A DNA stretch of 18,662 nt from Planctomycetota bacterium. GTDB taxonomy: Bacteria > Planctomycetota > MHYJ01 > WSZJ01. The position numbers were made by a program, and so were the translations under genes. The stretch covers positions 1 through 18,662 of the forward strand of contig JBBTCT010000045.1 of NCBI GenBank assembly GCA_038060895.1. The letters run 5' to 3'. The notes beneath the pieces are model-generated. The model ran no database searches and was not told the origin of the DNA. It saw nothing but the letters and a program-made list of their open reading frames with translations. Below are positions 15,478 through 18,662 of the stretch, in pieces (the first letter of the stretch is position 1; every line of letters starts with the position of its first letter).

Positions 15478-17232
15478 TCACTTCAGCCATCCATCCTGAG
15501 CCTTCTTCTGGTCCTCCGTCGGTTTCTCCACCAACTTCAGCAGGTGCGTGATCTTCTTCTTTTCCCGCAGCGTCACCGTTTTCTCCAGCAGGCGCTCGCC
15601 GCGAAACAACTGGAACGTGATCTTCTCCCCCGGCTTCTTCGAGTGCACCCAGGCCCAGAACGTGCCAGCCCGCAGTCGTTTCCCCTCCGCCGACAGCAGC
15701 ACGTCTCCCTCGTCGAATCCCGCGTCCACCGCCGGTCCTTCCTCGGGCACGCGAGTGATTTTCACGAGGTCCTCCCCGATGCCCCAGCAGTCGAACCCCG
15801 GGTCGCTCTCGACGGCATCGACGTGCGCTTCGTACGTCACCCCGAAAGGAGGGAACAGCTCCGCAAGCGGCAGTTCCTTCGTCCCGTACACATATCTCTC
15901 GAAGAATTCGCTGAAGTCGCTCGCGGCCGTCTCGTTCACGATCGCGCAGAAATCGTCGTTCGCGTAGCCCGCGCCCCGCGTCTTTTCAACCGCCAGCTTC
16001 ATCACGTCGTCGAGCGACTTTGCCCCCGCGGTGCGCCGGCGGATCTCGAGATCGAGCGCCACGCCGATGATGTGTCCCGAAGTGTAGTAAGACACTTCGA
16101 CATCGTCGCCGTCGTCGGCGTCGTACCAGGTCCGCCAGCTCGACGCCGCCGCGCTCGTGCGCTTGCGCCCGTCGCGCCTCATCAGGTTGTTCAGCTCTTC
16201 CTGCACGTAGTTGAGGTACTCCTGGCGGTTCAGCACGCCGCCTCGCTGCATGGAGAGCCAGGCGTAGGTATTGGTGAATCCTTCGTGGACCCAGAGATTC
16301 CGCGTCATGACTTCCTTCGTGTAGTCAAACGGTCCCAGCTGGGCGGGCCGGATCCGCTTCACGTTCCACAGATGGAAGAATTCGTGAGAGACGACGAAAA
16401 GGAACCGGATGTACCGGTCCCTGTTCGGGAGCTCTTCGCCATTGGCGACGATGGTGGTCGAGTTGAGATGTTCGAGGCCGCCGGAGCCCCAGCGCGGGAA
16501 CATCAGCAGGAATACGTAACGCTTGTAGGGCGGCGCCCCCATCGAGGTCAGCTGCGCGTTGACGATTTTTTCGACGTCCTTCGTCATCGCGACGCGGTCG
16601 TAGACGGGATTCCCGTGAAGGACGACCTGGTGAAGCGCTCCGCCGGCGGTGAACTCGCGGATGTCGAGGTTTCCCATAAGAACGGGGGAGTCGACGAGAA
16701 CGTCGTAATCGGGGGCGGTGTACGTGTTCTCGCCGGCGGCCGGTTCGAGGCCGGTTGCTGTTTTCCAGCCGGGGAGAGGGTGAAGGTGAAGCGTCGAGGG
16801 CGTTCTCAGCGCGCCGACGGCGTACATGCAGATCCACGAAGCGTGGAAGTAGGCGTGTTCGTCGGTCAGGTCCGCCCCGGTGGCGGTGAGCTGGTGAGCG
16901 TAGACGCGGTAACGAAGGGTGATACTCGTTGCGCCGCCGGTCTGTATGCGCCAGGTCTGCTTGTCGATCATCTCCCACTTGAGATCGCCCGCGGCGGACT
17001 TCGCCGTGAAGTCGCGGACGTTCTTCGCGTGGTTCTGGATCTTGTAGTACCCCGGTGTCCAGGCGGGCATCGCGATGTCGATCGAGCCGCCTTGAACTTC
17101 TCCGACCTCCATCGTCATCTCGTACGTGTGGTTCTCCGGCCGGGGATGCGCGACGTCGTAGGAAATCGTGAGCGCGTGACTGTGGAGGGCGAGCGCGACG
17201 ACCAGCAGGACTGCCGGGAGAACTCGTAGCAT
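15478..17232 (-). CDS. Secreted M61-family glycyl aminopeptidase with C-terminal PDZ domain, 584 aa
   Basis: Signal peptide, MPAWTPGYY, LVDSP, GGLEHLNST, zinc motif HEFFH, WNVKRIRP, LWVHEGFT, SYYTSG, and PDZ-like GPAVDAGFDEGDVLL. AAGGAG 7 nt before ATG 17232. Confidence 0.95.
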   Translation of the reverse strand: MLRVLPAVLLVVALALHSHALTISYDVAHPRPENHTYEMTMEVGEVQGGSIDIAMPAWTPGYYKIQNHAKNVRDFTAKSAAGDLKWEMIDKQTWRIQTGGATSITLRYRVYAHQLTATGADLTDEHAYFHASWICMYAVGALRTPSTLHLHPLPGWKTATGLEPAAGENTYTAPDYDVLVDSPVLMGNLDIREFTAGGALHQVVLHGNPVYDRVAMTKDVEKIVNAQLTSMGAPPYKRYVFLLMFPRWGSGGLEHLNSTTIVANGEELPNRDRYIRFLFVVSHEFFHLWNVKRIRPAQLGPFDYTKEVMTRNLWVHEGFTNTYAWLSMQRGGVLNRQEYLNYVQEELNNLMRRDGRKRTSAAASSWRTWYDADDGDDVEVSYYTSGHIIGVALDLEIRRRTAGAKSLDDVMKLAVEKTRGAGYANDDFCAIVNETAASDFSEFFERYVYGTKELPLAELFPPFGVTYEAHVDAVESDPGFDCWGIGEDLVKITRVPEEGPAVDAGFDEGDVLLSAEGKRLRAGTFWAWVHSKKPGEKITFQLFRGERLLEKTVTLREKKKITHLLKLVEKPTEDQKKAQDGWLK

Positions 17233-17315
17233 CGAGGCGCTCCTTGGGAGTATCCGCGGAAGCCGCAAAGTCTGCCGAAAAATGACCGCTTTGAGACACT
17301 GAAAAGTGCTGGAAG

Positions 17316-17340
17316 GCGCTGCTCAACAAGTTTGCAGCGC
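17316..17340. other. 7-bp inverted repeat between purE and the M61 gene
   Basis: GCGCTGC-N11-GCAGCGC, 28 nt past the purE stop. No adjacent U-tract on the minus strand. Confidence 0.35.
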
Positions 17341-17368
17341 ATTTTCATCCTCCGCGAATCGGCCGGCC

Positions 17369-17872
17369 CTAATCCTTCGCGTGCCGCCTCGCTACTTCCG
17401 CGTCTTTCTCGGCCAGCTTCGCCGCCGCCTTGTCCCGCTGGTCGACCAGCGCTTTTTTGAGCTTTCCGTCCTCGAGGGCGAGCATCTGCACGGCCAGCAG
17501 CGCCGCGTTTCGCGCGCCGTTCACGGCCACTGTCGCCACGGGCATGCCGGACGGCATCTGCACCGTCGCAAGCAGCGCATCCAGCCCGTCCATGATTCCC
17601 CCGGAAAGCGGCACGCCGATCACCGGCCGCACCGTGCGCGCCGCCACGGCGCCGGCAAGATGCGCCGCCATCCCCGCCCCGCAGATGAACGCCTTGCAGT
17701 CCCGTTCCTCCGCTTCCTTGAGGTACTTGTCCAGTGCGGCCGGCGTCCGGTGAGCCGAAAGAACGCGGATCTCGTAGGCGACCTTGAATTCCTGAAGCGT
17801 CTCCGCGGCCTTTTTCATCGTGTCGAGGTCGGAGTCGGATCCCATGAGCACGGCGACCTGGATCTTGTCCAT
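17369..17872 (-). CDS. purE: N5-carboxyaminoimidazole ribonucleotide mutase (PurE), 167 aa
   Basis: [61 protein letters not shown] 9 nt before the ATG. Confidence 0.97.
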   Translation of the reverse strand: MDKIQVAVLMGSDSDLDTMKKAAETLQEFKVAYEIRVLSAHRTPAALDKYLKEAEERDCKAFICGAGMAAHLAGAVAARTVRPVIGVPLSGGIMDGLDALLATVQMPSGMPVATVAVNGARNAALLAVQMLALEDGKLKKALVDQRDKAAAKLAEKDAEVARRHAKD

Positions 17873-17899
17873 TCGGGGAGTCTCCTGTGAAGGGCGGAG

Positions 17900-17929
17900 A
17901 GGATATCGGGTTCGGGGAACCGATGTCCA
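17900..17929 (-). promoter_or_regulatory. Candidate sigma70-type purE promoter (TGGACA-N18-TATCCT) overlapped by a dyad
   Basis: -35 TGGACA (17924-17929, 5/6 match) and -10 TATCCT (17900-17905, 4/6 match), positioned sensibly upstream of the purE SD. Confidence 0.45.
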
Positions 17930-17934
17930 ACTCT

Positions 17935-17956
17935 CCCTTGCCCATGCCCTTGCCCA
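17935..17956. repeat. Direct repeat CCCTTGCCCA x2, forming a canonical G-quadruplex motif on the minus strand
   Basis: Exact copies at 17935-17944 and 17947-17956. The minus strand reads GGG-CAA-GGG-CAT-GGG-CAA-GGG. Confidence 0.7.
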
Positions 17957-18023
17957 CCGAACTTCAACCCCTCGCCCGCAACTCCAGCCCAACCTGCCCG
18001 ATGTCCGATAATCTGTTACCAGA

Positions 18024-18662
18024 ATGCGTCCTGCGCTCTCCCTCTGCCTCGCGGCCCTCGCCGGCTGCACCTATCCCGACCCGGACCTGCGTCCGGCGCC
18101 GCCGAGAAGGGCGGCGTTCGGTGAGGCGGCATCGGCCTGCTATCCCAATGAGGTCGAGTGCTCTCGTGTGACCATCGTTTCCACCGCCTGGGCCTGGGAA
18201 ACTCCGGAGGGTTGGCGCATTCACGACATTGACGTGATCCAGGGTGAGTGCCAATTCGGGGAGACAAGGCCGGCCGGGTATGGATTGCTTCGCCCTGGCG
18301 CCCTGGAGCCGTCCCTGGCACTCCGCGGAGACATGATCGCCTGGACTGAGACGAGTTCATCGGACCATAAGGTGGTCGCGTATCAGCAGGCGGGAGCGGT
18401 CTCCAGCTTTGCCTCCCTGGTGACCGGCACCACTCCGTTCTCGATCTCGCCCCAGGACGTTGATGCCAGGCGCCCTTCCTGCGACCCAGGATCGAGATTT
18501 GTCGCCTGGGAGGAAGTTCTCGGATCGAAATCACGCCTTTGGACAACGGATGTGGTCTCCGCACGACAAACTTTCGTCACGGATGGCGGCGCACCCGCCT
18601 GGTCCCCCGACGGCCAGTGGATCGCCTTCGAGTCCGGCGCCCCGCCCTCGATCTACAAGGTT
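18024..18662 (+). CDS. TolB-like/PD40 beta-propeller lipoprotein, C-terminus runs off the window
   Basis: Manual translation, open for 213 codons to the window end. MRPALSLCLAALAGC (lipobox LAGC), RRPSCDPGSRFVAW, and PD40 signature PAWSPDGQWIAF. Confidence 0.85.
   Translation, partial: MRPALSLCLAALAGCTYPDPDLRPAPPRRAAFGEAASACYPNEVECSRVTIVSTAWAWETPEGWRIHDIDVIQGECQFGETRPAGYGLLRPGALEPSLALRGDMIAWTETSSSDHKVVAYQQAGAVSSFASLVTGTTPFSISPQDVDARRPSCDPGSRFVAWEEVLGSKSRLWTTDVVSARQTFVTDGGAPAWSPDGQWIAFESGAPPSIYKV

Noticed and set aside
15544-17229. 561-aa plus-strand ORF
   Set aside because: Antisense shadow of the M61 peptidase.
17873-18023. Purine, ZTP or PRPP riboswitch upstream of purE
   Set aside because: I could not match a consensus by eye, and the candidate promoter leaves only about 20 nt of leader. 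An Rfam search would settle it.
17873-18070. Upstream extension of PurE in the ORF track
   Set aside because: A clear AGGAG SD and family start at 17872, and the extension overlaps the divergent lipoprotein gene.
18016-18580. Minus-strand ORFs at the right end
   Set aside because: No motifs, while the plus-strand frame from 18024 has a lipobox and a PD40 signature.
1-18662. CRISPR arrays, tRNA/rRNA, IS elements, prophage, retron or DGR components
   Set aside because: No regularly spaced repeats, no intergenic gap with such signatures, and no transposase, integrase or reverse transcriptase motifs seen.

Overview
GC-rich (roughly two-thirds G+C by eye), gene-dense bacterial chromosomal window with 13 supportable CDSs in six alternating blocks around three divergent intergenic regions. 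I recognised no rRNA, tRNA, CRISPR array, transposase or phage genes. Left to right: a 3'-truncated class III cyclase-domain/STAND ATPase protein (minus strand, missed by the ORF track); then alpha-glucan phosphorylase glgP, a 1.2-kaa membrane Hanks-type Ser/Thr kinase and a translationally coupled FIST protein (+); a minus-strand block of nucleotide pyrophosphatase/phosphodiesterase-family lipoprotein, SDR and carboxypeptidase-regulatory-like lipoprotein; a plus-strand block of zinc-ribbon membrane protein, RMD1/DUF155-like protein and a catalytically substituted transglutaminase-like lipoprotein; purE and an M61-PDZ aminopeptidase (minus); and a 3'-truncated TolB/PD40 lipoprotein (+, also missed by the track). 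The large receptor kinase and zinc-ribbon/TM protein suggest Planctomycetota, which is inference only. The best candidate for an undescribed system is the pseudo-cyclase-STAND / glgP / lectin-like receptor kinase / FIST cluster. The purE-upstream region is also structured, with a dyad over the promoter and tandem G-quadruplex motifs. Neither is demonstrated from sequence alone, and most genes belong to ordinary families.
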